This document shows, piece after piece, positions 12,105-27,150 of a stretch of DNA of 64,000 nucleotides (its first letter is position 1; each line of letters opens with the position of its first letter). Under the pieces are notes generated by a model. It worked only from the letters and a program-made list of their open reading frames with translations, did not search any database and had not been told where the DNA came from. The position numbers and the translations under genes were made by a program. This DNA comes from Octopus vulgaris. Its lineage: Eukaryota. The stretch covers positions 58,776,001 through 58,840,000 of the forward strand of contig OX597824.1 in NCBI GenBank assembly GCA_951406725.2. The letters are read 5' to 3'.

Positions 12105-12351
12105 TTCTACCAAATATATACGTTTTATTTATTATTTAGCACATTACTTAATCATCGTTATATTTTTTATCTTATATTTAATCTTTCTATTATATGTAAT
12201 TTTCTAGATGGTGTAATTTAATTTTTTATTTTGAATTGATAAAAGGTGTTTTTTTTCTAATTTATATAAATATAATATATATTGTGAAATTTGATTTAGT
12301 ATTTCTAAATTGAATTTTTCCCTGTAAGTTTGGAATAATATTCCCTCATAT

Positions 12352-12444
<93 letters not shown>

Positions 12445-12468
12445 ATACCCGCACAGACGTAGAGATAA

Positions 12469-12559
<91 letters not shown>

Positions 12560-13298
12560 TTTGTGTTATTTCCTGTGAAATATTTTGAAAGCCAACCTTG
12601 ATTTTTGCATATATTTTTCTCTGCAAACATATTTGCTTCCAACAATTTTTTCTCCTTTACATTTCTTTTTGTATGTTCTTTTATCTTTTTTTTTTTGTGT
12701 GTAGTATTTTTGAATAATTGCTTTCTTTGCTGTACTGAAAAAAGAAATGCCGTTTGTGTTTTTACGGCAATTTTTAGGATCTTATGTCACGCGTAATATA
12801 AAATTCATATATATATATATATACATATGTAGGTATGAATAAATATATATATACATTTGTATGTATGAATATATATATATTTATATATATGTATGTATAA
12901 ATATATATATATATATATATATACATATATATAAATATATATATACATATACATAAATATAAATATACATATATATATATATGTGTGTGTGTAAGCATGT
13001 ATGTATACACACACGTGTGTGTGCATGAATAGTGTAATCTTTTGGTCCCCAAGCAAAAGCAAGACCACACCGACGTGTTTGTGGTTTCAAGTGTTACTAG
13101 CATCGTGAAGAAATGATGGATGATTGCGAACAATTATTTTGTAGAGAACAGAAATCTGTTGTGTACAATATGATTCCCACAACTTCAGCTAGTGATTATT
13201 ATATTTAGAATAACAGGAAAATACAAATTTCATGTTATTTGAGACGTGCTCTCTTGATTCTTCATATTTTTGTTGCAGTATTGTTGTTAGTAGTTAGT

Positions 13299-13395
13299 AG
13301 AAGAAGAAGAAGAAGAAGAAGAAGAAGAAGAAGAAGAAGAAGAAGAAGAAGAAGAAGAAGAAGAAGAAGAAGAAGAAGAAGAAGAAGAAGAAGAA
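13299..13395 (+). repeat. (GAA)n microsatellite
   Basis: Direct observation. Confidence 0.95.
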
Positions 13396-13399
13396 AATC

Positions 13400-13995
13400 T
13401 ACGCTCTAGTGAGAACAGCAAGGAGCTTTTCAGAATGCATAATTTTCACCTCCATAACATTAATGTTGACAGGTTCTATTTACTAAACGTGAAAGGTGGC
13501 TCAGGTTTGTTAAATGTAGAGGATGCTATCGGTGCTGTGTTTGCGCTTGAAAAACTACATTATGCATATTGAAGTTATATTATCTATATACTATCTGTTT
13601 CAAAGAGAAAAACACATTAAAATTCAGAGATTTTAACAATAGAAAGAAGATCAGCAGGATAAGTAGTCGAAAGAACATTTCTGGTCAGCTATAAAATAAT
13701 TAATGATCAATTAATCAATGTAACACTCGAAGAATGCTGGAATTGGAGAACAGTGGTTGTGAGAGACAAGTTACTAGGACGAAGTTTATAAAGACAAAGA
13801 TTAATAAAATTGTCAGAAAGCGGGGGTGGGAAATAATGTGTGAAAAAGAGAATGAACGTATTAATTATCTTCTGAGTGAATGCAGTAAGCCAGCACAGTG
13901 ACAGTATAAATGCAAACGTAACTGTTTTGGTAAATGAGTCCATTAGGAGTTTAGTGAAGTTTGAATTTAAGGGACGGAGAAGTGGCATGAACATA
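13400..13995 (+). mobile_element. Old R4/Dong-like LINE C-terminal fragment
   Basis: MHNFHLHNINVDRFYLLNVKGGSGLLNVED (cf. HPKADVDRLYLPR..GGRGL) and LLSECSK.AQ..YK. Confidence 0.65.
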
Positions 13996-14574
13996 GGATG
14001 TTGACTGAAGCATTTCTAGACAATTCTATCGTACGGTGGCTGTCACTCGCAACCAATTAGGACTTGTGCCACGCATGTACATTCTTTTGTTATGTAGTTG
14101 CGAGCAGGTATTGAAACCCTCTCCCACTTAACACACCTGAGCAGTTAAGATGTGAAAGTCAGTAGTAGGAGAAAAGAACTAAGTTAGTACACATTTAACA
14201 CTTAAGTAAACTGGGGCCGCATGAAATAAATTGTTTTGCACAAGGGCACGATACAATGCACAGGTGTCGAACATACGACCTTATGATTATGAGACCAGCA
14301 TCTTCATCATGGGGCTACGTGTCTTTTTTAGTACAGTATAGCATTTAAAAACAGCCCTACCAAGACATCAGTTATGATTTAACGTCTCTATATTACTATA
14401 TTCACTATCATATTCCTACATTTCCTCACTGTTCTTTCCATTCTGAGTTGAAGTGTTTTTCCATTTGACGTTTCGTGAAGTTAGTGGATCATTACTAAAC
14501 TCTTCCAGCTGTTATTTTCATCGTTGACGTCGTTTGTAATACTGTTCTCAAATTTTTGGTACATGGCCAGCAAT

Positions 14575-14800
14575 GAAAGGCAAAGTCGACCTTGGCGGAA
14601 TTTGAACTCAGAATGTAAGGAATGCCGAAATTCCGNNNNNNNNNNNNNNNNNNNNNNNNNNNNNNNNNNNNNNNNNNNNNNNNNNNNNNNNNNNNNNNNN
14701 NNNNNNNNNNNNNNNNNNNNNNNNNNNNNNNNNNNGGAATGCCGAAATTCCGCTTAGCATTTTGTCCGGGGTGTTAGCGATTCTGCCAGCTCGCCATCTT
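14575..14800 (-). mobile_element. SINE family B copy spanning an assembly gap
   Basis: atgaaaggcaaagtcgaccttggcggaatttgaactcag...ttctgccagctcgcc. Confidence 0.8.
14636..14735. other. Assembly gap (100 N)
   Basis: Run of N; GGAATGCCGAAATTCCG duplicated on both sides. Confidence 0.99.
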
Positions 14801-16104
14801 TTAGGTTGCTTGTATTATTAAAACACTTTGATTACAAACACGTTTTCCAGAATAACTTTCTAAAATATCTGTGGAACAGACGTACTTTCTAATCTTAATG
14901 GGGAAGTATTATAAGCGATCTGTCAAACTGACCGAGATATATTACTGGTAATTATTTAACGACTACAGAGAGATAAACTTTTATACGGTAGACATCATCA
15001 AACGGTGTTTCATAAGTTTTGCAAGGATACAGCCTTCATCAAAGGCAAGCGAATATTTTATGGCGCTTTCCAGCAACGAGATTGTAAATTTTATAGTGCA
15101 AGAGACTCTCAATTATTGTACGTTTTGTACTTATTTAAATTGAAAATAAGTATAGAAGTTATCCTTAGTGAAAAGATATTTTTGTTTTCGACCATTTGGC
15201 ATACATTTATACAACTCTTTCCCGCAATTTAAGGTATAAAGACAAAATTAGTCTCGACTCGACAGTTTTTCCTATCAGAACAAAGGAAACGAAAGATTAA
15301 GTATTTTAAAGAAAAGTATTTTAGTGATTTTGCTATTTCTGTGAAGACACTGACTCTGGGTTACTTTAGCATTTGAAACACTGTTTCTTCTCTCTTTTGT
15401 CTCCTCCATAATGTTTTGAAATACAGAAACAAAATTTCTGTCAACGCAAAAATGGTCGACTTTGGATTCTTTAGTGATATATTTAGTATTAGTGAATGAA
15501 AAACAATTTTGCAATTTAAAATATTTTCGTTATGGTTGTAGTGATATTATTACTAATTGTTTATCACAACTAAGAATTATTCAACTTCACACAGTAATCT
15601 TGCATCCCGGTACTGCACCAAGTATTGGAAGCGATATGGACGAATGCAACAGTTTGATAACGAAGGGGAAATAGTTTATCATGACTTCTTGCTTGTCTGG
15701 AATTTTGTAAAAAAGTAATCAGACGTCGCTGAAGTTCTACATGTTCTCCGTTAATCGACGCTTAGATCCTGTTTCAGTCATAGAAGCGGATAAGAAATGA
15801 ATATTTAGATTAAACCCTAGTTTATTGCAATAACATTCCCAGATGATGGCCGGTTACATGATACCACATATTCTATTGAAACACGTACAATGGGAGTGCA
15901 TGAATGAAACGCTTGCCACAGGTTTGAACTCAACCTACAGAAATGATGTACAAGAAATTCACCCGTATACAGTCTTTCATATGGTAATGCACCTTAATTA
16001 ATATTGTAACATATCTTGGAGTGCCTTATTTTAATTACATTGTCAACAATATAGTCATAAATCGAAATTTCATGGTAATTTGTTCCAAATCTCAGTTTAG
16101 TATT

Positions 16105-16545
16105 TATTTCAAATTTTGGCACAAGGCCAGCAATTTCGGGGGCAGAGATAAGTCCATTAAATCGATCCCAGTGTTCAACTGCTACCTATTTTATCGACCT
16201 CCGACAGGATGAAAGGCAAAGTCGACCACGCCGAATTTTGAACTCAGAATGTAAAGATGGACGAAAAGCCGCTAAGTATTTTGTCCAGTGTGCTAACGAT
16301 TCTACCAGCTCGCCGCCTTAAAATTTAGCTCAATGTTCGTTTCAAATTTTAGCACAAGGCCAGCAATTTCGGTGGCGGGGTTAAGTTGATTACATCGACC
16401 CCAGTGCTCAACTGATACTTATTTTATCGACCCTGAAAGTATGGAATGCAAAGTCGACCTTGGCAGAATTTGAACACAGAACGTAATGACGGACGAAATG
16501 CCGCTTAACATCTTTGCCCAGAGTGCTAAAGATTCTGCCAGCTTG
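16105..16545 (-). mobile_element. Two tandem SINE family B copies
   Basis: Two consecutive ~215-bp units tttcaaatttt.gcacaaggccagcaatttcgg...gattct.ccagct. Confidence 0.85.
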
Positions 16546-17199
16546 ATCCCTTGTACCTTAATTCAATATTGACAGTTATTTTAAGAAATTCTTCATTATT
16601 CTCAAAATTAATTGAAGCAAAAGTAATGTATTTAACAGAAATTGTTAAGATATGGCGGTGCCCCAGCATGGCCACAGCTCATAAGCTGAAACTAGAATCA
16701 ATCAATCAATCAATCAATCATATGGTGTTATTGTTGCTGTTGTTATAGTTGTAGTTGTTTTAAAGTCAGCTTTTAACGAGAAGATTTGTAATCAAAGGCG
16801 TACCAGCCGTAGCCATCCTTTCTTTTTTTAGTTATAGTATAAACAGAACTATATTATCCAATGGGTCCAGCCTTTTTTTTATGAGAGTTTGTTAGTTATC
16901 TTCTTAAATGTTGCAATATTTCACTTTTGACTGGAATTAAATTCACGGATCTTGAATTGTACAAATCATGTTTTATATCCCAAAACCTTGAGTGGTAAAG
17001 ACCACCATAGTAGAGGTAGAAAATGTATTGTGAAGAAGCACTAGAACGCAGAGTTTGCTGTGTTTTGGTGAATGGCACTGTGTCAACCAGATGGGTAACG
17101 AATTTTGGATGTACATACAAACATAAAAGAGAACTAGTCACTATTAAATGTTTATGAGTTAATTATATTTCAAATCAAACTACATTCTCAGACGTGAAT

Positions 17200-17740
17200 G
17201 ACATACTGAATAATGTGTTCCTGGTGGTTTTAATCCTAGAAGATTGAACAGTCACAGGTGACTGACCTGCGGTTAAACTACAATAACAACATACCTTTTA
17301 ATCTGGCAAGAAGAATCTGCACAATTTCATGGAATCCCGAAACCAGGGGAAACGATTCCAAGAACTTTAAAATATATTACTCGAAAGACAATACGCAGTC
17401 ACTTAAATCATTAATGATGTGAAACGTGCAATAAGTGTAGACATTCAAGAATTACAAGAAGCACGAAACACCCTGGTACACTCAATACATTACCTTGTGT
17501 ATTGACGCACAATCCAAGCAGCTCGGAAACACCATCTGTCATCCATCAGAATATACCTCCTTTTGATGAATGACCTACAAAAGAAAAGGGCACCCAAAAC
17601 AAAAGAATTAAAATTAAAGGCAGCCTAGTCTCTAGAAAGGTTACTGCCAAATGATACACTAAAAATACAATACCACCAGTTCAAACACGTAACCGTTCTA
17701 ATTATACAATCTGTATGAACCTCATGGAAAATTCGACATT
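17200..17740 (+). mobile_element. PLE thumb/linker fragment, degenerate
   Basis: FNLARRICTISWNPETRGKRFQEL.NILLERQY; later NRSNYTICMNLMENSTF (decayed Cys linker). Confidence 0.65.
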
Positions 17741-17742
17741 TG

Positions 17743-17891
17743 GGATGTGTGGTAAAAAGCTTGCTTCCCAACAATATGGTTCCGGGTTCAGTCTCAATGC
17801 ATAGCATCTTGGGCAGGTTTCACTACTATAGCTTCGGGTTGACCAAATCCTTGTGAGTGGATTTGGCAAATGGAAACTGAAAGAAGCCCGT

Positions 17892-17895
<4 letters not shown>
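17743..17895 (+). mobile_element. SINE family A, 5' half
   Basis: gtgtggtaaaaagcttgcttcccaac...gaaactgaaagaagcccg. Confidence 0.85.
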
Positions 17896-17934
<39 letters not shown>

Positions 17935-19202
17935 AACGATGTTTCTAAAAATAATAAACGTTAGTGGCCGCGAGCGTAAATCTGTACAGGCAAATTAATA
18001 ACTATATATAATATATATAAATATAGTGAAGGAGCATCTACATACTCACTTGAATTGTAAGAAACAGAAATCTTTCTGAAATCGCTATCTATTGTCTAAG
18101 AAAAATGAAAGGTACATTATTTATGATATATTGTGTTTGGATAACAAATACAAGTCTGTCACAGCTGGTACACCTTTTATCATAGATCTCTTGGATCAAG
18201 GCTGATGTAGGTATAAACAACAACAGCAACAATAACAATAACGACTTGATTAAACAACTACAAGAACCTGATAACATATTAATTTATCAATTTTTCTTAG
18301 CATCTTTCAAAATCACAAATATCTGTTTCAGAAACAGACTTGATAAATATTGAATTAATGATATTCTATACGCTAGTATAGCGCCTGCTGGTGTAAGTAT
18401 TATGTTTCAGAGAGGGCGTTGTTGATGTTGTTTAACGCCAGGTTAAACCTGATCGTGTAAACCTATAATCAAGGACAGTTCACCCGTAACAGTCAGTATT
18501 TTAAAGGATATCCAGAACTACTTCGCCGTTGTTTAGGCAGTATGTCATGAATTGAGTTTGATTTCGTTGCCATATCTAGCAGTTTGAGCAACAACTCAGT
18601 GGCTCCCTTGTTGATTAATGAAGGATCATTGAAGTTAATCACAAAATTGTTTTCAGTTTAGAGTGACATCGATTTCTCTCCTGAATTCAAAAAATTAAAG
18701 ACCTCTATCATATTCATCATATAACTATTTAATGCTAACTTTGGTCATTCACGTCTGCATATGAGAATGAACTGAAATGAAATTGAATTCAAACGTAGGA
18801 CATACAAGACAATGCAGTCCTTAGACTGGGTGGTCATATCTAGAATTCTTTTAAACATAAACCTTATCAGCAAAACCCAATAACAAGAAGTAGACTTTGA
18901 ATAATGACATCATACAATGGCAAATGGTGGAAGGGAGAGAGGGGGTAGGAGAGAAGCAGATAGACAGACGGGTGTGTTGGAAATGAGTGATTGCTAAAGC
19001 AGTCCAAGGCATATATCCGCTTCGATAGTGTATATTGAACAGCTTTATAAATATTTAAAATGCATTATTTATATCAAATTATCATATAAGTCCTGTTATA
19101 AACTTATAGCATTGTGTTGATGTAAGAAATTAAAGCTTCCCCCTTCGACCGCACACTCTTTCCTCCTTCCTTCCTCACTACTACTACTACTATCACCACC
19201 AT

Positions 19203-19257
<55 letters not shown>

Positions 19258-19439
19258 GCTACTACATTGCAGGATTGGAAGAACATTTAATATGTCTTGC
19301 CGTAATTACTTAGACATTGAACCAATTTTGATTTCATCCTTCCGGTCCCCATACGAGAGTACCAGTGAAGTATATTGGTCTGATACATCTTACATACGTC
19401 CATGTTAGTGTTCATTTGGTCTTATATAAGGATTGTAAT

Positions 19440-19744
19440 TAACTGCGGTCAAATTTAAGGTCATATTTAATGCAACTGAAAGACAGAGAATATTGCATAA
19501 TCTACTCTAATTTTAGAGAATTATATTGGCGAAACGAACAACTCCTTTTGCCAACGTGCATGAATCCATAGACAACGCATCATACAAAAAGGATTACATG
19601 TGATTTCGCTGAGCAAGCACTTAGATGTATGTGGCAACAGCAGATTCAAGATATTTCCTTTCCACAAATGTCTAATAGATGATAATAAATACAGGAAGGC
19701 AATGAAACAACATTTTATAAAATACATTTTTACCCAAAATAAAA

Positions 19745-19745
<1 letters not shown>
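19440..19745 (+). mobile_element. PLE GIY-YIG endonuclease fragment
   Basis: ENYIGETNNS...IHRQ...LSKHLDVCGNSRFKIFPFHKC. Confidence 0.7.
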
Positions 19746-19779
<34 letters not shown>

Positions 19780-19780
<1 letters not shown>

Positions 19781-20168
19781 TCTTTTACTCTTTTACTTGT
19801 TTCAGTCATTTGACTGCGGCCATGCTGGAGCACCGCTTTTAGTCGAGCAAATCGACCCCGGGACTTATTCTTTGTAAGCCCAGTACTTATTCTATCGGCC
19901 TCTTTTGCCGAACCGCTAAGTGACAGGAGACGTAAACACACCAGCATCGGTTGTCAAGCAATGCTAAGGGGACAAACACATACACACACACTTATATGTA
20001 TATATACATATATACGACAGGCTTCTTTCAGTTTCCGTCTACCAAGTCCACTCACAAGGCATTGGTCGGCCCGGGGCTATAGCAGAAGACACTTGCCCAA
20101 GATGCCACGCAGTGGGACGGAACCCGGAACCATGTGGTTGGTTAGCAAGCTACTTAGCACACAGCCTT
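19780..20168 (-). mobile_element. SINE family A, near full length
   Basis: Head, internal (CA/TA) microsatellite and 3' ggtgctccagcatggccgcagtc tail. Confidence 0.9.
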
Positions 20169-20189
20169 GTGGTAATTTGTTTTGTGGTA

Positions 20190-20264
<75 letters not shown>

Positions 20265-20355
20265 TGTATGTATGTATGTATGTATGTATGAGTGCGTATG
20301 TTTGTGTGTTTGTGTGTGTGTACATGAGAAATCCTTATTAAAAAAATTTAGTTGC

Positions 20356-20620
20356 CCAGATGAACCAAGCCTGAGTACCACTGGATATTACTATTAATAA
20401 TGTTTTCATTAATGCTACTGAAATAACTGGAAAAATTCCCTTGAACTATATTGTATAAGAAAAATTTCTACCATTTTAAACGTGTAAAAAATATATGTAT
20501 AAAAATTGAGGAATACTTTTAAAAAAACTAATTTTCCAGACGAAACCAAACCAAATTACCACAGGATATTATTATTAATAATGTTATCTTTTACTGTTAC
20601 TAAAATAACTTGAAAACTTT
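20356..20620 (+). repeat. Diverged ~85-bp direct repeat, period ~180
   Basis: ccagatgaacc...ggatattactattaataatg...aaataactggaaaa vs ccagacgaaacc...ggatattattattaataatg...aaataacttgaaaa. Confidence 0.6.
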
Positions 20621-21289
20621 AAGTAACCAACACACAACACACACATGCCCCCCCCCTCTCTCTCTCTCTCTCTCATGTTTAAAAACCTTTCCAAATAATT
20701 CTAACGATTCTACGTTCTACAACTGGGCAACATAACAACAGATCAAACAAAAACAAAAACAAATTACCACACAATATCTAAAAGAAACTTATTGCAATTC
20801 ATAAAAGCTATTCAACCTCTTTGGCTCTCATCAATTACAACCGTCCCAGAAAAAGCACCCCTTTCTTTCCTTCTTTCTCTCTTTCTGAACTACAAAGGGC
20901 TTATCCCACACAGAGCGTTTCTGGTTATTTTGGTTGGGGCATTCTTCCATTTCAGTGACCTTAGTGCTCAACAGGTACTCATTTTACCAACCGCGAAGTG
21001 ATGAAAGGAATATATACGACCTCTTCGTTTAGATTCTATTTGAAAAATAGAAATCATTACGAATCCCCTTTCTTTTCACGATCATTTCTTTTTTTCACTT
21101 TATCTTATTAGAATTATTTAGAATCATAAATACTATTTAGAATTATAAATTTTATTTTTCGTTTTCCTGCACATCTTCGTTATCTGCTCCTCCTCTCTTT
21201 TTATGCCTACCTCTTCCTCTCTCTTCTCTCCTTTCCTCACATATAATCCTCCCTTTCCTGCTTCTTATCCCCAGCAAGAGGCTATCCAC

Positions 21290-24200
21290 TTCACAGAAGA
21301 CAGTATCGGAAATATGACTAGAAAGATAAGCACTTGAAAAGCAGCATGACCTGATGGTGCTCAGGGATTTTGGATAAAAAAGTTCCTTAGTTGCCATGAA
21401 TTGATCGCAGAACATTTTAAAACCCCAAATTTCGCAACTCTAACCAAAACCTGAAACTAATTGGTAAAATCCGCCTTGCACTTAAGGATATAATTTCAGC
21501 TAATGATGTTGATATTACATATATCAACCACCTGTGCTATGCATCCGCGAAAATGTCAACGATTCTATGTGGTGAAAAGATTGCATAACGACAACATTCC
21601 CAAACAAAGCCAACTTGGCAAGAGCGTATTCAACACCAAATTCAGCTACTTAGGTCTGACATAGAATGTTTAAAAGAAACCTTAATTTTGACAAGACTAT
21701 CAAACCAACAAAATTCTGAAAATTAAAAAAAAAATATATGAAAACCATACTGGACATCGATACCACCATAGAAACTATCAAGCAAAAAGTATGTGCTAAA
21801 GCTGTCCGCATAGCAAGGTATGAAAGCGGGTTAGATTCTTCAAGGACAACAACACGTTCAAAAATAACCCCAAAATTTTTTATAGGAATGTAGGGAAAAT
21901 ACCAGTTACAGTAAAGTCTGTCCCATCAAAAGAAGTGCAGGAATTTTAGAATAAAATTTGGGCGGAAGAAAAAAGACACAATGAAAATGCCCCTTGGATT
22001 GAATATCTACAGACGAGAAAAAATGGGAGGGTATCAAGGTAGAGGATGCAAGATCTGTTTTCGGGAAGTCAAGTAAATGGAAGTCACCAGGAAAGGATAA
22101 AATTTCTAACTTCTGGCTGGATGCCTTCCCAGAGAGTCATGAACTGCTAACACTTTACAACAATGTTTTGCAACAACCTAATATGATTCCCACTTGGATA
22201 GTTAATGGTATTACATTCCTACTTCCAAGAAATGAAGAAGCAAATGAACCAAAAAATTACAGACCATAATCTGCTTAACATCAATGTATAAAATACTAAC
22301 ATCTGTCTTGACTGCACGACCTATAGTTTTTTAATAAAAAGTGATGCATTCTTTAATGAGCAAAAGAATGTAAACGTGGGCCCCATCAGCTACACATCAA
22401 TAAGATGATCTTGGAAGGTTGTCACAAACGACACAAAAACTTGTAAAATAGCACCTACTCTGTGAAACTTCTTGTCTGAAAATATGAGATCATGGAGAAT
22501 CACACTGACTTTGAACAGTGACAATGAATCTCTTAATGCTGGAGGTGTAATAATTTCATGTGGTATTTTCCAGGGTAACTCTCTATCACCACACTTCTTA
22601 TGTCTAACATTAATACCGCTCTCGAAATTGCTCGATGATGTACAATATGGCTATAAAATGTTTGATGAAAATATAAATCATCTCTTTTAGATGGATGATG
22701 TAACGCATTTTGCAACAAAATGTCCAACAACTACAGGGCTTACTAGCAATCGTTAAACAATTCAGTGGTGAAATCAGGATGCAATTTGGCCTCGATAAAT
22801 GTGCAAAAGCTACTTTTATCAAAGGAAAAAATGACAGAAACATCAAACGTTAATCTTGAATGTCATAAAGGAGTTAGAACCAGCGGAGAGCTACAATTAC
22901 CTAGGGGTATTTGAAGGTGATGAAATCAAAATTCAATGATGAGGGAAAGGATTAGAAGAGAATGTTATCGCAGGTAGGGGCAATACTCAAGACAGAGCTG
23001 AATGCAAGAAGCAGGATCGAAGCGATCAATACTTTGACCATTCCAATCGTGACTTACAGTTTCAATATCATTAATTGGTCAATTACTGAAATATGTAATC
23101 TTGACAGAAAAATACTAAAATTGTTGACAATGCATAAAATGCACTACCCGAAGGCAGATATAGAGCGAATTCACCTGCCAAGAAAAGATGGTGGCCGTGG
23201 ACTTTTACAAATGGAACTAACAATGAAGATTGCTACAATTGGCCTCAACACCTACCTGAAAAACTCTGATGACTGGACGTTAAAATTTGTTTTAAAGCAT
23301 GAAAACAAGAAATCATCATACTCAGTAACAAAACGCAAAAGAATATCTAAGTGAATTCCAAATACAACAAATCCCAGAATGAGACGTACTGGAAACAAAC
23401 ACAGAAAAAGCTAAACGTATGAAAACCCATGCTAGAACTGCTGCTTTAGATATTCTTACTAATAAATGGCAAGAAAAACCTCTCAGTGGCAAATACCCAA
23501 AGAGAGCTAATAAGGCCGATGTTGACAAAGCCCTTACCCATCAATGGTTAGTGTATTCTGGCTTAAAATCAGAAACAGAATGGTTTATCATAGCAGCCCA
23601 TATCAATGCCTCCCTATAAGGAGCTATCAGGCCAACATATCAAAGAACGGCAGTAGCCCAACATATCATGTATGTAAACAACAAAATAAAACCATCGATC
23701 ATGTTGTCTCGAAGTGCAGTCTTCTAGCGCCTACAGAGTATCTCAACAGGCATTATAGAGCAGCACAGTATATTCACTGGGTAATTTGCAAAAAACATAG
23801 ACCAAACTTATCATAAAAATTGGTGAGAATATAAAGCATCTCCAGTGCTTGAAAAGGATCACATCTCATTCCTCTGGAACTTCACCGTTCAAACTGACGG
23901 AAAGACTTCAGACAAAAATCATGCCTGCTCATTGATATGACTGTCTCAATCCACATAAATGCATCAGTCAAGACCTACCATAAACTGAGAAAGTATAAAG
24001 ATCTTGAATTAGAAATTGGAAAAAAGTGGAACCTGAAGACTAAAAAATACCTGTGGACATAGGTGCCCTAGGAATGATAGAAAAAGGGGCTGATCCCTAC
24101 CTGGCTCAGATACCTAGAAACCCCAAAATGGCAGAAATTCAAAAGATAGTGCTCACGGGAACTACCCAAATCCTACATAAAATACTGTCTATGTAATCTC

Positions 24201-24362
24201 AAATTTTAAAACATACTTATAATTTCTTATGTTTTCTTAAACATTCTTTAGAACAATACTATGACACCCTAGGCATAATACCAAATTGAACTTCTAACTT
24301 GTTTCTCTTGAGGTCTCTGATTGAGACTTGGAATCAACTTGTACAAAGTAAAAGTCAAGCAT
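21290..24362 (+). mobile_element. R4/Dong-clade non-LTR retrotransposon (RT, zinc knuckle, RLE), degenerate, ~3 kb
   Basis: KWKSPGKDKISNFW, PKNYRP, GIFQGNSLSP, HLF*MDD, FGLDKCAK, YNYLGV, HYPKADIERIHLPRKDGGRGL, CLLIDMTV; 3' end AAAAGTCAAGCAT followed by (AAT)n; 5' boundary approximate. Confidence 0.92.
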
Positions 24363-24368
24363 ATAATG

Positions 24369-24451
<83 letters not shown>

Positions 24452-24628
24452 AATAATAATAATAAAACTGTAATGATCAAATATCAATATGAAGGTTCTT
24501 TGATATAATTCGTTCCTGCTGCTAGAAGAAATGATAAATCCGATAATGGCGTGTGTTGCCTGTCTCGATTTCTCTGATAAGTAGAGAAGATCAAATACAG
24601 AAATCTTGAAATTTCTAATTAAACATAG

Positions 24629-24722
<94 letters not shown>

Positions 24723-24779
24723 CACACACACAAACACAAAACACACAACACACACATCGCACGCATGTATGTATGTATG

Positions 24780-24811
<32 letters not shown>

Positions 24812-25943
24812 TGTATGTATGTATGTATGTGTGTGTATGCACCAATAGATGTGTATCTGTCTCCGAGATCGAGTTTGTGTCTACACACACATTGATATCT
24901 AAGTAGACTATATACAACAATTATGCTAAATAAAATCGGTTAGAATAAATATTTCTTTTTCAAATTACAAACAGAAAAATATCTTGATTCCCGTGAGAAA
25001 TAACAAAACATCGGATAGTGGCTTCATCAAGTGTCGAGTAATTCTGCAGTGTTATTTCCATACTGTGCATTTAAACATAGGGATGTAGCAGCTACGCACC
25101 GACACATGCAAAACGTGTGTAATACGTATATATGTTAATTTACATGTTTTTATGAATGGAAAGTTATATATACATACATCATGCACAAACATGCACCTAC
25201 ATACACACCCACACAGTCGTATATACGTTAAGGCACACATACATACATACACACATACATACATACATACATACATACATACATACATACATACATACAT
25301 ACATACATACATACATGCATACATGCTTATCAGGTTACTCGACGCATCCATCACGGCTACGTCTTTGAGGCTGCGTTGCCAACAACCTTTAATGGTGATT
25401 GTCATATCCTTATGTTATGGTATGTATACTGAGATACATGTTTATATTTCAACATCGTTTACATGCGATGTAACGGAGCGACTCCTTTGCAGTGTAAATA
25501 TTTGACCCGAGACACAACAAGTCAGTACATTCCGATATCACTTTTAAATTTTCTATGGGAAATTATAATATTTCTGTAATTAATTTTAAAATTTCTTTGT
25601 TAGATTTTTCACTCAGTCACATATTGCCTGGGGTAGGATTAGGTAATTAACAGCTCAAACTGAACCCAAGACTTATCCTTATTTGATCTTGCATGTCAGA
25701 ATGGAGTTGTCAACTATGATTTGGCGAAATTTCATGTTTAAATGTTTTAGTTTTACTTTATTTTATCAATATTTTGCTTTCTTTTCTGAAATTTATGAAT
25801 TCCCTCCAGTTTGTTATTACGAGTGCATCATCAGCTTCTAATTTGGTATGGACTTTACTGCCGAAATTTGAGAGCCGATATATGAATCTAACGATTATAC
25901 ATCGGCAGTCAGGCATGTATTATTCCTCCTTCACCACCACCAC

Positions 25944-25945
<2 letters not shown>

Positions 25946-25975
<30 letters not shown>

Positions 25976-26117
25976 CTTCTTCTTCTTCTTCTTCTTCTTC
26001 TTCTTCTTCTTCTTCTTCTTCTTCTTCTTCTTCTTCTTCTTCTTCTTCTTCTTCTTCTTCTTCTTCTTCTTCTTCTTCTTCTTCTTCTTCTTCTTCTTCT
26101 TCTTCTTCTTCTTCTTC
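25946..26117 (+). repeat. (CTT)n microsatellite
   Basis: Direct observation. Confidence 0.95.
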
Positions 26118-26706
26118 CCATTTCTCAGTTCCTTTATTTTTCTTGTTATTGTTATGTAGTTATGGACCTCCTTGATCTGCTAAACTGACGTTGCTGTTTG
26201 TGGCTTAGCCTCAGGTAAGCTCTAGTCAAGTAGATCTATAGTATTTACATACGTCATAGAAAGTTAGATTGGGTGAAAAAAGAGGTGAGGACATAGACTA
26301 ACGAGCGTTCATTTATCCAGGTTAATGTTTGACAGTAAGAGAACTCTTTATTATTAACTCTATCGCAAAAATATTTTGCCGACATCGACTGAATTGATTA
26401 AAATATTCTGGGATTTTTTTAACCGATTTCTTCTATTAGTAGACACAGACACACAAACACACACTCACAGACACACACGCACACACACACACACACGCAT
26501 ACACAGACATACATACGCGTATATCGCATATGTGAATCACCCACACGTACACACACAAAACTACGTCAAATACACACACGCACACATATTCACAGACAGA
26601 GAAGCACGCACAGGAGTACGGATACACTTAAAGTTTATTCAACTTGTTTTGTTGATAAGTTGTACAAAAGTGTCAAGAATCTGATATTTTGTAAGTATAG
26701 TCTTAT

Positions 26707-26915
26707 GTACTTTTATTCTTTTATTCATATAATTGGTTCAGTCATTAGACTGCGACCATATTGCAGCACCACCTTGAAGCGGTTTTAGTCGAACAAATCG
26801 ATCCCAGTACTTATTTCTTAAGCCTACTACTTTATCTATAGGGGTCTTTTGCCGAATCGGTAGGTTACGGGGACGTAAGCACACAAACATTGGTTATCAA
26901 GAGGTGATGGAGTGA

Positions 26916-26987
<72 letters not shown>

Positions 26988-27150
26988 CGACGGGCTTCTT
27001 TCAGTTTCCGTTTACCAAATCCACTCAGAATACTTTGGTCGGCCCGAGGCTATATTAGAAGACACTTGCCCAAGGTTCCACGAAGTGGGACTGAACCTGG
27101 AACCATGTGGTTGGGAGGCAAGCTTCTTACAACAGATCCACGCTTGCGCT
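26707..27150 (-). mobile_element. SINE family A, full length
   Basis: Matches the 19780 and 61833 copies, including the internal microsatellite. Confidence 0.9.

Noticed and set aside
14619-14752. 17-bp direct repeat flanking the N run
   Set aside because: Most likely contig overlap at a scaffold gap; the SINE continues across it.
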